DNA from: a virus
Direction: 5' to 3' (one strand)
DNA: 64,000 nucleotides
IMG/VR virus record: IMGVR_UViG_3300022916_000008
Coordinates: 1-64,000 of that record
Shown here: positions 48,918-57,653 of the stretch, piece after piece
How the letters are laid out: each line of letters begins with the position of its first letter
Numbering within the stretch: position 1 is the stretch's first letter
The notes under the pieces: model-generated
Seen by the model: the letters and a program-made list of their open reading frames with translations, nothing else
Databases searched by the model: none
Told to the model about the DNA's origin: nothing
Program-made: the position numbers and the translations under genes

Positions 48918-51631
48918 CGCACAACAAGTATTGAAAGAATTCCCCAATGAGCTTAGAAAGTATATTTGGGATAGTAGAGATAACCTTATGATGGTTGTTA
49001 CAAATGAGTTTTGCATAGACTTGCCTAAGCTCGATGATACATTGGCTAGGCATGATAAAGAGTATGATCACAAGAATTGTACTTACAAGGGAGAAGAGAA
49101 TGTGTCTATGTCGGGTTATATCAAAGCCAAATATGGAGAAGATATCTCTAATACAATTGAAAAACTAATGTAATGAAAGTAACTAAAGATGGATTTGTTT
49201 GGAAGCTAATAACTCCATACAAAGCAAAGGAGATGTTCTATTACGGAATGTTCGATATATATCTATTATATGATGATGACAGTGAATCAAAGGCTGAAAC
49301 AATGGTTGATATAAATACTCATGAAGGATTGTTTGGTATTGAAGTAGGTCATCTCAACAGAAAAACATGGCAAAGAAACAACCTAGTGTAACAATCCCTG
49401 ATCTAGCAATAGAATCATTTAGGATTGGTGATAAGCTAAGTGGTCCAGGTGGACAGAGAATCGAGATAACAGGATTCAAGGTGTCATGGGCTTTTTATGG
49501 TCAAGATCACATATTCTTTGATAAGTGCAACAATTGTTTAATGCTTGAATTTATTGAAGGTGGGGAGAAAAGAGAACGCAGGGCATGGATTCTAGCCAAT
49601 GATTGGGTTATTGATGAAAAGGGAAAAGGAAGGGATGTTCCGGTCATACCAATTGGATATGATTTTCCAGAGCTTATAAGAGGCGTAGAGCGACACAAGC
49701 CCAAGGAGTGGCCGAATGTATCAGAAGTACCAAAAGAGTTGAGTGGTAGCCCACTGACAGCTTCTAAGGTATATAAAGAAAAGATTGTTGAACCGCCCAA
49801 AGAAGAAGAAGGGCAATTAAGTTTATTCTAATGATAGGAATAGCACAAATAAAGGTAGGCGACTATGCTTTAAGAAGCCTTGGTATTGATCATGGGTTAC
49901 AGAAAGATGATTGGGTGTTCATACTTAAAGCAGATCCCTGTCCTATTATGGGCAAAGGATATAGAGTTACTACTGACTCACAAGTATTGGGAGATGATTA
50001 TTATTGGGTTAAGTCATCACATTTGAAAAACGTTTTAAAGTATAAGAAATGAGTAAATGCAGAAGAAGCTTGGATGATATTGATGTAGAACTTAAAACTG
50101 CAAGACAAATGTTAATACTCGTCTTGGTACTTTATGTTATTGCAGTAATACTAATGTTTTTAACAACTTAAATTATTTGAATGAAAACAAGATTATTAAA
50201 AATCCTCAGAGCTAAGTTTTATGTAGAATATTATCCAAGTACAAAACAATATAGATGTGTAACAGGAGATAGATCAGATGATACTTGGCATTCTAGCAAG
50301 GAAAGTGCAATAACTCAGAGAGAGTGTAATATTATCAATTACGGAAGAAAGTATTACCGGAAATATTCAAAGCACATAAAGATTACCTAACCTTTTAAAG
50401 TATAAACAATGGAAGTACATTTTAAGAAAAGCGTTTGGGAAAGAGTATCTATTCCAGACAGAATAACAAAAGAAGAATTAATTGCACTTATCGACAAACA
50501 TAGTCCAGTTGAATTAAATCATCTGCTTGTAGATAAAGAAGAATGTTTGTGGGAGAATATATTAGAAACAGAAGAGCTTCTTACTCCTGATGATAATGAT
50601 AGTCAAACAACAATTGAACTATTGGATGATGAAGGAGTAACTATTTATAATAATCAAAAATATATGTAATGGGTTGGACAAGTTATAGAACAAATGATTC
50701 CTTTATGGAAGTGTTTAAAAGCGAATATAGGCAATGGCATCAGCCAGATAGTGAGCATCTAGTACGTCAATCAGTAGAAATGAAAGTAAGTCCACATGAT
50801 TGGGATGAAGGTACTGACAGTGAAAGTGAAATATGGTCAGCAATAGAATGGAAAGGTAAAGGTATTTATGCTCATGTTCTATTAATGTCAAAACGTGATG
50901 GAGAAGTATATTTTAAGGGCATGGATGAAACAGTAGGGCCATATTCCAAAACAAGGTGTCCTGATGAAATATTCAATCTACTTACACCATTACCCGAAGA
51001 TATTGAAGGGTATTCTAAAGACTGGAGGGCAAGACGATGATCTATTTTGTATATGAAACAGATAAACATCAAACATACTGCTCTACCTGTATTAAAATGG
51101 TTGAGACCAATCACAGAAGAGCATTGGCTTTTTATAAAAAGATTGCTCCAGAGTGGGAAAAAGAAGAATGGAATTTATATTTCTCATACTTCAATATTGA
51201 TGAACATCGAGAAGATCTAGGTAGTAGATCAAATATATTACGTTTATTAACTGTAATTAAAAGCACTGAAGAAAATGAGTAAAATAATGAAATGTGAATG
51301 TTGTAAAATTAATGAAGCTGAGGTTAAAGACTTTAGAACAACAGATGAAATAACATCCAGTTATCGTGTTTGTAGAAAATGTCAAGTACTATCAGATGAA
51401 GATTTCAGAGAAAAGAAATATGAAACTAATAAAATTGTTTCGTCAGGTGATTGGTATTGTGAAAGATGTTTGTCTACAGAGGTTGAAATGAAGCTATGGG
51501 TTAATCTTAAAACAAAAGTATGTACTGATGATTTGGGTGACATAAAAGAAGTTAATGGCATTGATGGTAATGGTGAAATTGACACTCATTGTGCTAATTG
51601 TGGCAAAGATGTAAACTTAAAACGATTATGA
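48904..51631 (+). other. Run of tightly packed small hypothetical ORFs
   Basis: ORFs at 48904-49173, 49173-49391, 49367-49831 (ends QLSLF), 49831-50052, 50181-50390, 50409-50669, 51037-51282 and 51275-51631 (Zn ribbons), many with overlapping stop/start codons. Confidence 0.55.
50669..51040 (+). CDS. DUF6927-like protein
   Basis: MGWT start, KGMDETVGPY..CP..I..LLTP..WR. Confidence 0.6.
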   Translation: MGWTSYRTNDSFMEVFKSEYRQWHQPDSEHLVRQSVEMKVSPHDWDEGTDSESEIWSAIEWKGKGIYAHVLLMSKRDGEVYFKGMDETVGPYSKTRCPDEIFNLLTPLPEDIEGYSKDWRARR

Positions 51632-51735
51632 AATACGATGAATACAAACTCGCTAATCCTTGGGATGATCAAGAAGTTCATGAAGTGGATGAAGATGATC
51701 ACCATGAAGAACAAGAAGAACTAAAAGAATAAATG

Positions 51736-51898
51736 CTTCTTACTTCGAAATAATGTACTCTGATTTCTTAGAGTGAGCAGTTGATGGGTATTGTGTCTGT
51801 CCTCGCAGATTAAGTCTACTGAGGTAAGAAGTTCCGAAAGGAGATTAGTTTCATAGTAGTTAACAATATCAAAGAATGACGAGCTGGAAAGACAGCTA
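51736..51898 (+). ncRNA. Candidate structured RNA
   Basis: CTTCTTACTTC/GAGGTAAGAAG closing stem, internal hairpins, TCC-GAAA-GGA and AGCTG/CAGCT. Confidence 0.45.
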
Positions 51899-51916
51899 TT
51901 TTTAAATAACAAAGCC

Positions 51917-52513
51917 ATGAGTAAACATAATTTATTTTTAACAAGTGTTTCTATACTAACTATCCTTGCAATTGTATTGCTTGTAAAGGAGGTTCATCAG
52001 GAAAGAACTATTAGAGAGCCTTATACGGACATGGAGCAGTTTGATGAAGCATTCGTCCAAGAACAAGAAGATAAGGCCGTGTATAGCGCTGAAAAAGCTT
52101 TATATGACTATACCATTGACTTCATTAAGAATCATGAAGGTTATGTTGCCGAACCATATCAATGTGCAGCTAATAAATGGACAATTGGTTACGGTCATAG
52201 AACGTATGGTCATGAATCATATAAGCATCTTACCGAAGTAGAGGCAGAGGCATTGCTAAGAACAGACTTTGATGTTCGCTTAGACATTGTAATGGAGAAA
52301 TATCCTGAACTTAGCTTTCATCAACAAATAGCATTAGCACACTTCGCATTTTGTTGTGGAGTAGGCGCTATGGAGAAGATGTATGCCGATACAAGTATTG
52401 ACGACATCGATAATTGGATTCATATATTGGGAAAGCCTAATAGCTTCTTGATAATGATCCGTAAGTTTGAAACAGACATTTATAATAACAACCCTTTTGG
52501 ACATGATAATTGA
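51917..52513 (+). CDS. GH24 lysozyme with an N-terminal membrane anchor
   Basis: HEG....Y.C....WTIGYGH and EAEALLRTD motifs; N-terminal TM helix. Confidence 0.85.
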   Translation: MSKHNLFLTSVSILTILAIVLLVKEVHQERTIREPYTDMEQFDEAFVQEQEDKAVYSAEKALYDYTIDFIKNHEGYVAEPYQCAANKWTIGYGHRTYGHESYKHLTEVEAEALLRTDFDVRLDIVMEKYPELSFHQQIALAHFAFCCGVGAMEKMYADTSIDDIDNWIHILGKPNSFLIMIRKFETDIYNNNPFGHDN

Positions 52514-52674
52514 CATACAACACAACTTGCTTACTGTTAAGGAATACAAGAACTTTCTATTTCAATGGAATGGTATAGACAAGATAAAAAGTTATGAAAC
52601 TCGCAAACGAAAGAGAAATGAATTGTGGGATAGGTGGCTGGAAAAGCTGAATAATGAAAAAAGATTAGAATAAA

Positions 52675-52707
52675 TTTGGAAACTACTACCAGAATGTAGT
52701 ACGTTTG
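52675..52707 (+). promoter_or_regulatory. Bacteroidota sigma-A-type promoter
   Basis: TTTG-N21-TACGTTTG with an overlapping inverted repeat TACTAC-N6-GTAGTA. Confidence 0.65.
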
Positions 52708-52774
52708 AAGTCATGCTAAACATTCAATTAAATATCAATAATAAGAAAGACAGTGTCCCCGGACACACCCAGAG

Positions 52775-52822
52775 ACTCCTTGGTTGGATGTTTAGCAAAG
52801 TTGATAGCCAAGGAGTTTTTTT
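52775..52822 (+). terminator. Terminator or attenuator hairpin
   Basis: ACTCCTTGGTT / AGCCAAGGAGT stem followed by TTTTTT. Confidence 0.6.
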
Positions 52823-53092
52823 ATTATACCCCCTCAAGATATAGCTACAATAACTACAGTAGCGACACAGACACAGGCTACTTGAAAAGGTTAAACTTTA
52901 TGACAAGTATTGGATCGGATAACTAAAATTGTAGACATCTCTACCTTTTTGTAGGCTTTTTGGTGTCAAAGAGAAAATACCTTATATGTCAAGAAAAAGA
53001 ACTATAGCGCAAGCAACGTTATCCAAATAGTAAGTAATTAAATAGTAAATATATGTTAGATAATAGAGTAGGTTATAACTTAATAGTAAGAT

Positions 53093-53578
53093 ATGATTAC
53101 CTTATGCTTCTTTGATGGCTCATGTGGAGATAGTGGTGATGGAAAGTTTCATAACCCTGGCGGTGAAATGGGAATAGGAGCTGTTGTATTCTGGAATATC
53201 GATATTGCTGTTTTTAAATCAATTATTAATAGGGAATTGTTGTCTGAGACAATATTACATAGAGACTGTGATGAGATTAGTTACAGTGTTCCTCCACACA
53301 ATTCTAATAGTAATAATGTTTCCGAATACATGGCAGTCATAGAAGTAATGAAACTACTTAATAATAACAATGATAAAATTAGTCCAAAAGTATATATCCT
53401 TGGAGACAGTAGGCTTGTAATAGAGCAGCTTAATGGGTATTGGAAAATAAAGCAGGGAAGGTATAAAAAATATGCCTTGGAAGCTAAAGAAATGATAAAG
53501 CCAAGCTATAGATTTTTATGGATACCAAGAGAGTATAATGGCTATGCAGATATTTTATCAAAACAAAAAGATATATGA
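53093..53578 (+). CDS. rnhA: Ribonuclease HI
   Basis: FDGSC, NPG, SNNVSEY, GDSRLVIEQL and WIPREYNGYAD. Confidence 0.9.
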   Translation: MITLCFFDGSCGDSGDGKFHNPGGEMGIGAVVFWNIDIAVFKSIINRELLSETILHRDCDEISYSVPPHNSNSNNVSEYMAVIEVMKLLNNNNDKISPKVYILGDSRLVIEQLNGYWKIKQGRYKKYALEAKEMIKPSYRFLWIPREYNGYADILSKQKDI

Positions 53579-53895
53579 AAAAACTAGAACAGACAAGATT
53601 ACAAAGACTATGGATGCAATTTAAGTCATGGATAAAACCTACAAAGCTTGACCTTGTAAACGAATTACGAGGTATTGATATGTTCGAACTACCAGAGTGC
53701 GATTACAAAGAACTTCCCGGTAAAAAGTTTGAACCATTTAAAATGACGATGAATCGTAATGAGTTTGATAAAGATATCATTTACCAAGACTCTTCTTTTA
53801 CAAGAATTAAGATTATTGAACCACCCAAATATAAGCGTTTCTTGTTTTTTTGGAAGAGACGTTGGGAATATACAGTAGAACCTTATAAAGAATAA
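53575..53895 (+). CDS. Protein resembling an MCP beta-domain fragment
   Basis: PG..FEPFKMT....F...I......IKIIEPP....WEYTVE parallels the MCP segment AGLGFSLFQVTF...F...I.....RIAEQP....YDYLLQ. Confidence 0.5.
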   Translation: MKKLEQTRLQRLWMQFKSWIKPTKLDLVNELRGIDMFELPECDYKELPGKKFEPFKMTMNRNEFDKDIIYQDSSFTRIKIIEPPKYKRFLFFWKRRWEYTVEPYKE

Positions 53896-53899
53896 TACT

Positions 53900-54205
53900 A
53901 TGGCTTATTTTAGTAATGGAACCGATGGAATGGTATTAGACGATGAGTGTAGTACATGCTTAATAGGAAAAGACCCTGAACAGCTCTGCCCTATCTTATT
54001 CGTACAGATTGAAAATAACTATAATGCAGTTAATAATGAAGTTGCAACAAACATACTTAATCATTTAATTGATAACAATGGGAAGTGTGCAATGAAAGAA
54101 ATAATAACAGAAAAGAGCCTAATAACAAAAGGACTTAGTACATGCTGTGGATTTGTTAAAGAAGAGGCAGTGATATGCTCAAGGTGTAAAACAATAATTT
54201 TATGA
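53900..54205 (+). CDS. Cys-rich hypothetical protein
   Basis: MAYFSNGTDG start, CxxC, CP. Confidence 0.55.
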   Translation: MAYFSNGTDGMVLDDECSTCLIGKDPEQLCPILFVQIENNYNAVNNEVATNILNHLIDNNGKCAMKEIITEKSLITKGLSTCCGFVKEEAVICSRCKTIIL

Positions 54206-54289
54206 TACTATCAACATGCTGTAGTGCTCCTTATATAGGAGATGAAGTAGATCCGTTATGTACGGAATGTAAAGAACACACTGAATTAT

Positions 54290-54499
54290 ATGACGATGAG
54301 TAAGAAAAGACTAAGACATTTTTTATTGATATGCATGAGAGATGTGTATGTCAACAAAGTAAATCCGGATGAGTGGATAGATGATATTATGAAAGAAATC
54401 TCTAATTCAAAAATGTTTAACGCTACAAGTTTTCTCAATGGACTATATGTTGGAATGATTGTGCTATATGTAATACAATTAATAGTAGGAAATAGGTAA
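54290..54499 (+). CDS. Small protein with a C-terminal TM helix
   Basis: 69 aa. Confidence 0.45.
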   Translation: MTMSKKRLRHFLLICMRDVYVNKVNPDEWIDDIMKEISNSKMFNATSFLNGLYVGMIVLYVIQLIVGNR

Positions 54500-54888
54500 T
54501 GACGAAGAAGTATAAATCATACAAAGGTCCGATGATGCACCGTGGAATAGATGACCTCAAGTCCTTACATCCATGGGTATCAACAATGCAAGGAGATCAT
54601 ATGTGGTCAGACAAGGTAGATGAAGATCATACCTACTTAATGGAATCATATTCATGGAGTGGTATAGACCTTACAAGTCAGAAAGCAATTGATGAAGAAA
54701 TAGCCAGGCGTAAGGCATGGAATGAAGAGTATGTCCGTGGGTTGTTAATTAACGGCAGCTATGGAGAAGATATTGGACAGAATGAGATTAAGATGATAGT
54801 TGATTCCTTTTGGGATAAATCAATAGGGAGCCAGCCAAAGTCATCATATAAGATGATATTTTTAGATCATGGTAAAACAAAAACATAA
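54499..54888 (+). CDS. Protein ending in an MCP C-terminal-like motif
   Basis: FWD...PKSSYKMIFLDHG versus MCP VFD...PSFSGEFIFLDLS. Confidence 0.5.
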   Translation: MTKKYKSYKGPMMHRGIDDLKSLHPWVSTMQGDHMWSDKVDEDHTYLMESYSWSGIDLTSQKAIDEEIARRKAWNEEYVRGLLINGSYGEDIGQNEIKMIVDSFWDKSIGSQPKSSYKMIFLDHGKTKT

Positions 54889-55328
54889 TGGCAGTACTAC
54901 TAATAGCAAAGAACTTTTTACAAGGACATCCTAAAGCAGGAACTCCAACTAACTTTGGTGGACGCATAGAGTCTGGATGGAAGAAGCATACAGTACGTCA
55001 GTCTTATACTGATTGGAAGAACATGGAAAAGAAGGTTAATGAGAAAAGACTTGTCCTTGATATACGTCAATGGAGTGCGAATCCATATAGCTCCAAACAA
55101 GAACAGTTGATGACGTTACGAAACATCTGCGTAGAGACCTTTCAGATCAATTCTAAGGGACTTTATTATGTCGGTGGCACATTGATACCAAATATCCATA
55201 ATTTCGTCTATAATGACGGATTTACACGTGATGAAGAAGGCGTGTTGGATTTCGAAGAATGGATAGGTTGGGAAAGAGGTAAGACCTTCAATGGATGTTT
55301 GATTTACTTAACAGATTTTAGATATTAA
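54888..55328 (+). CDS. ASCH/PUA-like protein
   Basis: G.KKHTVR, RQWS..PY.S.Q and NDG motifs. Confidence 0.5.
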   Translation: MAVLLIAKNFLQGHPKAGTPTNFGGRIESGWKKHTVRQSYTDWKNMEKKVNEKRLVLDIRQWSANPYSSKQEQLMTLRNICVETFQINSKGLYYVGGTLIPNIHNFVYNDGFTRDEEGVLDFEEWIGWERGKTFNGCLIYLTDFRY

Positions 55329-55345
55329 CACTATAAGGAAAAGAA

Positions 55346-55540
55346 ATGAAAGTTAAAGACCTGATAAGAAAATTAAAGAAAATGCCAAAAGACTCAGATG
55401 TTGCATTTCAAGATCACGATCAAGATGCTGCTGAATTAAATAATTTTGTAAATAATGTAGAATTGGTTGATTTTAACGAATTTGATGATACGGAAAACTA
55501 TGCAGGATATGAAGGAGAAATTGTAGTATTAAAGGGTTAA
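55346..55540 (+). CDS. Small acidic phage protein
   Basis: MKVKDLIRKLKKMPKDSDV family. Confidence 0.55.
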   Translation: MKVKDLIRKLKKMPKDSDVAFQDHDQDAAELNNFVNNVELVDFNEFDDTENYAGYEGEIVVLKG

Positions 55541-55558
55541 ACACTATAAAGAAATAGC

Positions 55559-56122
55559 ATGAAAGCAAAAACAGCAGAAATATTAAAGAAATTAGATAGC
55601 CTTAAATTTAGTAGTGATTTGGGCAAAGGATATACAGATGTAGTTTTATTACATGATGTTGAAAAGGTTTTAAGAGAATACGCTAACCAAAGCAAGTCAC
55701 TACCAACGGATGTAGAAATTGAGAATATTGCATCCAGACAGTATAATTCATCTATATTATTAGAACATTTTCCAGAAGGGAATAATATGAGGCGTATTAT
55801 AGTTTCGGTTATTACAAAAGCACTGAAGCATATGCGAGACACATACAAGCCTACAGAGTGGGTAAGTGTTGAGGATATGCTGCCAGAAGAAAATCAAGAT
55901 GTGATTGTATACGAACCATCTACAGGTACTTCTTGTGCTGAATTAGATCAAGGTATGTGGTATGATATATCAGCAGCATGTTACTTCCCTCCACATCAAA
56001 AGGTTACTCATTGGATGTATTTACCTGAGTTTAAAGAAGATGATTTTCAAGAAAAGCTTAAAAAGTATTTACCAGAAATAAATTCAAATGAGTTTCCTGA
56101 CGATTCAGATGTAGCTCTTTAA
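55559..56122 (+). CDS. DUF551-containing mosaic protein
   Basis: EWVSVEDMLPE...VTHWMYLP. Confidence 0.7.
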   Translation: MKAKTAEILKKLDSLKFSSDLGKGYTDVVLLHDVEKVLREYANQSKSLPTDVEIENIASRQYNSSILLEHFPEGNNMRRIIVSVITKALKHMRDTYKPTEWVSVEDMLPEENQDVIVYEPSTGTSCAELDQGMWYDISAACYFPPHQKVTHWMYLPEFKEDDFQEKLKKYLPEINSNEFPDDSDVAL

Positions 56123-56131
56123 ACAAAAGAT

Positions 56132-56305
56132 ATGACACGAATAATATTTACTGATAGGATAACTCCAAAAGAATTAGGATTTAAAACTCCCAGGCTTCCC
56201 AGAAAAAGGAAGAAAAGATTGAAAAAAATATATGCCCGAAGTGGAATGGATTGGAGAGAATGGGTTAGACTAAAAAGAGTTAAAAGAACTAAAAGAAATG
56301 ACTGA
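56132..56305 (+). CDS. Small basic protein (57 aa)
   Basis: Read by hand: ...PRLPRKRKKRLKK...MDWREW... Confidence 0.5.
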   Translation: MTRIIFTDRITPKELGFKTPRLPRKRKKRLKKIYARSGMDWREWVRLKRVKRTKRND

Positions 56306-56543
56306 TAAATTATACTTAGGTTCTCTGCTTTTAGAGATTGAGAAATGGTCTGAAAAATACGATATGAATTTCCAATTTTGGAATGATGATAACAGTGTGT
56401 TTCTATACGCAAAAGGAACAAGTACTGAATTATTTAGTAATGGGGGACTATCATCTCCACAAGAAGTTATTAAAGAAGTACTTAAATTTATTTATAGAGT
56501 AAACAGAACCCCTAAAGATAAAAGGGTAAAAAGTCATGACTAA
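56298..56543 (+). CDS. Hypothetical protein
   Basis: 81 aa. Confidence 0.5.
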   Translation: MTDKLYLGSLLLEIEKWSEKYDMNFQFWNDDNSVFLYAKGTSTELFSNGGLSSPQEVIKEVLKFIYRVNRTPKDKRVKSHD

Positions 56544-57039
56544 GATAACTACATTAGAGATAGAGGTTAGGATGATGCAACACCTAGACTTTCGCACAAA
56601 CCTTATTGTACCCAATGTTAGTTGGGGAATACCTATTGACTGGAATGCGTCTGGTAACAGAAAGTATGGAAACTTACATGAATGTGACTTACTATCATTA
56701 AGTGTGGCAGGATATGCAACAGAGGTTGAGATAAAAGTATCTAAAGCAGACTTGATAAAAGATGATGCTAAGAAGCACAGCCATGATCACAACTTGATTA
56801 AGTACTTATACTTTGCCGTTCCTAAGAAATTAGAAGCAATAGCCTTGGAAGTTATACCAGAACGTGCCGGACTATTTGTAATTGAAAGAATGACCCACAA
56901 CTCCTATCTGAAAGTAAAATGTGTTAAACGTGCCAAGCAAAGAAAGGATGTGTTGAAGTGGAGTGATCATCAAAGATATGTCCTTGCCAGACTAGGTGCA
57001 ATGAGAATAGTTGGGTTAAAACAAAAGTTAATTAAATGA
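56536..57039 (+). CDS. MmcB-like PD-(D/E)XK nuclease
   Basis: HECDLL...EVEIKVSKADL...YFAVP...AGL. Confidence 0.7.
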   Translation: MTKITTLEIEVRMMQHLDFRTNLIVPNVSWGIPIDWNASGNRKYGNLHECDLLSLSVAGYATEVEIKVSKADLIKDDAKKHSHDHNLIKYLYFAVPKKLEAIALEVIPERAGLFVIERMTHNSYLKVKCVKRAKQRKDVLKWSDHQRYVLARLGAMRIVGLKQKLIK

Positions 57040-57641
57040 CAATGGGATTTAGTGAAGAAGAATTTAAACAGTTACAGAACAATGTAAACAAGGGAAAGGG
57101 TATGATAGATGAAAAGAAAAAGATTGTTGCTAAAAGAAAGAAGCGTAATCCAAAGCAGGAGCAAACAGCCTTATTCACAGAAGATGTTTATGATGTTCGT
57201 AAAGGACAAACCGTTGAGTCAGAAACTTATTATAAGCTGATTTCTCCAACAAAGGTTGTATTGCCTAGAAAGACAAAAAAGGACAATACTGTATACCTTA
57301 ACCTTAATATCTACAGGAACCTTCATTATATAATTAACAACAATGCTAAGAAGGAGTACAAGCGATTAATGTTTGATCAGGTAGTCCAACTACCTAAAAT
57401 GAAAAAGATCGCCTTGGTGTTCGTATTAAACAAGTCTACGATGGGTGTTAAGGACAGACATAATGTGTGCTGTATAGTCCAGAAGTTCTTTTGTGATGTA
57501 CTCACAGATAATGAGCTTAAAATTATCCCTGATGATGATGACAAGTATATCGAATACGAGAGGTATGTGTCAGCAGATCAGCTATCAAAAAGTGACTTCA
57601 TTGAAATCTATGTAATAGATAAATCATATACAGTTGAATAA
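57036..57641 (+). CDS. RusA-like Holliday junction resolvase
   Basis: DxxN....K...D.L.....IPDDD. Confidence 0.65.
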   Translation: MTMGFSEEEFKQLQNNVNKGKGMIDEKKKIVAKRKKRNPKQEQTALFTEDVYDVRKGQTVESETYYKLISPTKVVLPRKTKKDNTVYLNLNIYRNLHYIINNNAKKEYKRLMFDQVVQLPKMKKIALVFVLNKSTMGVKDRHNVCCIVQKFFCDVLTDNELKIIPDDDDKYIEYERYVSADQLSKSDFIEIYVIDKSYTVE

Positions 57642-57653
57642 TCAATATAGCCT

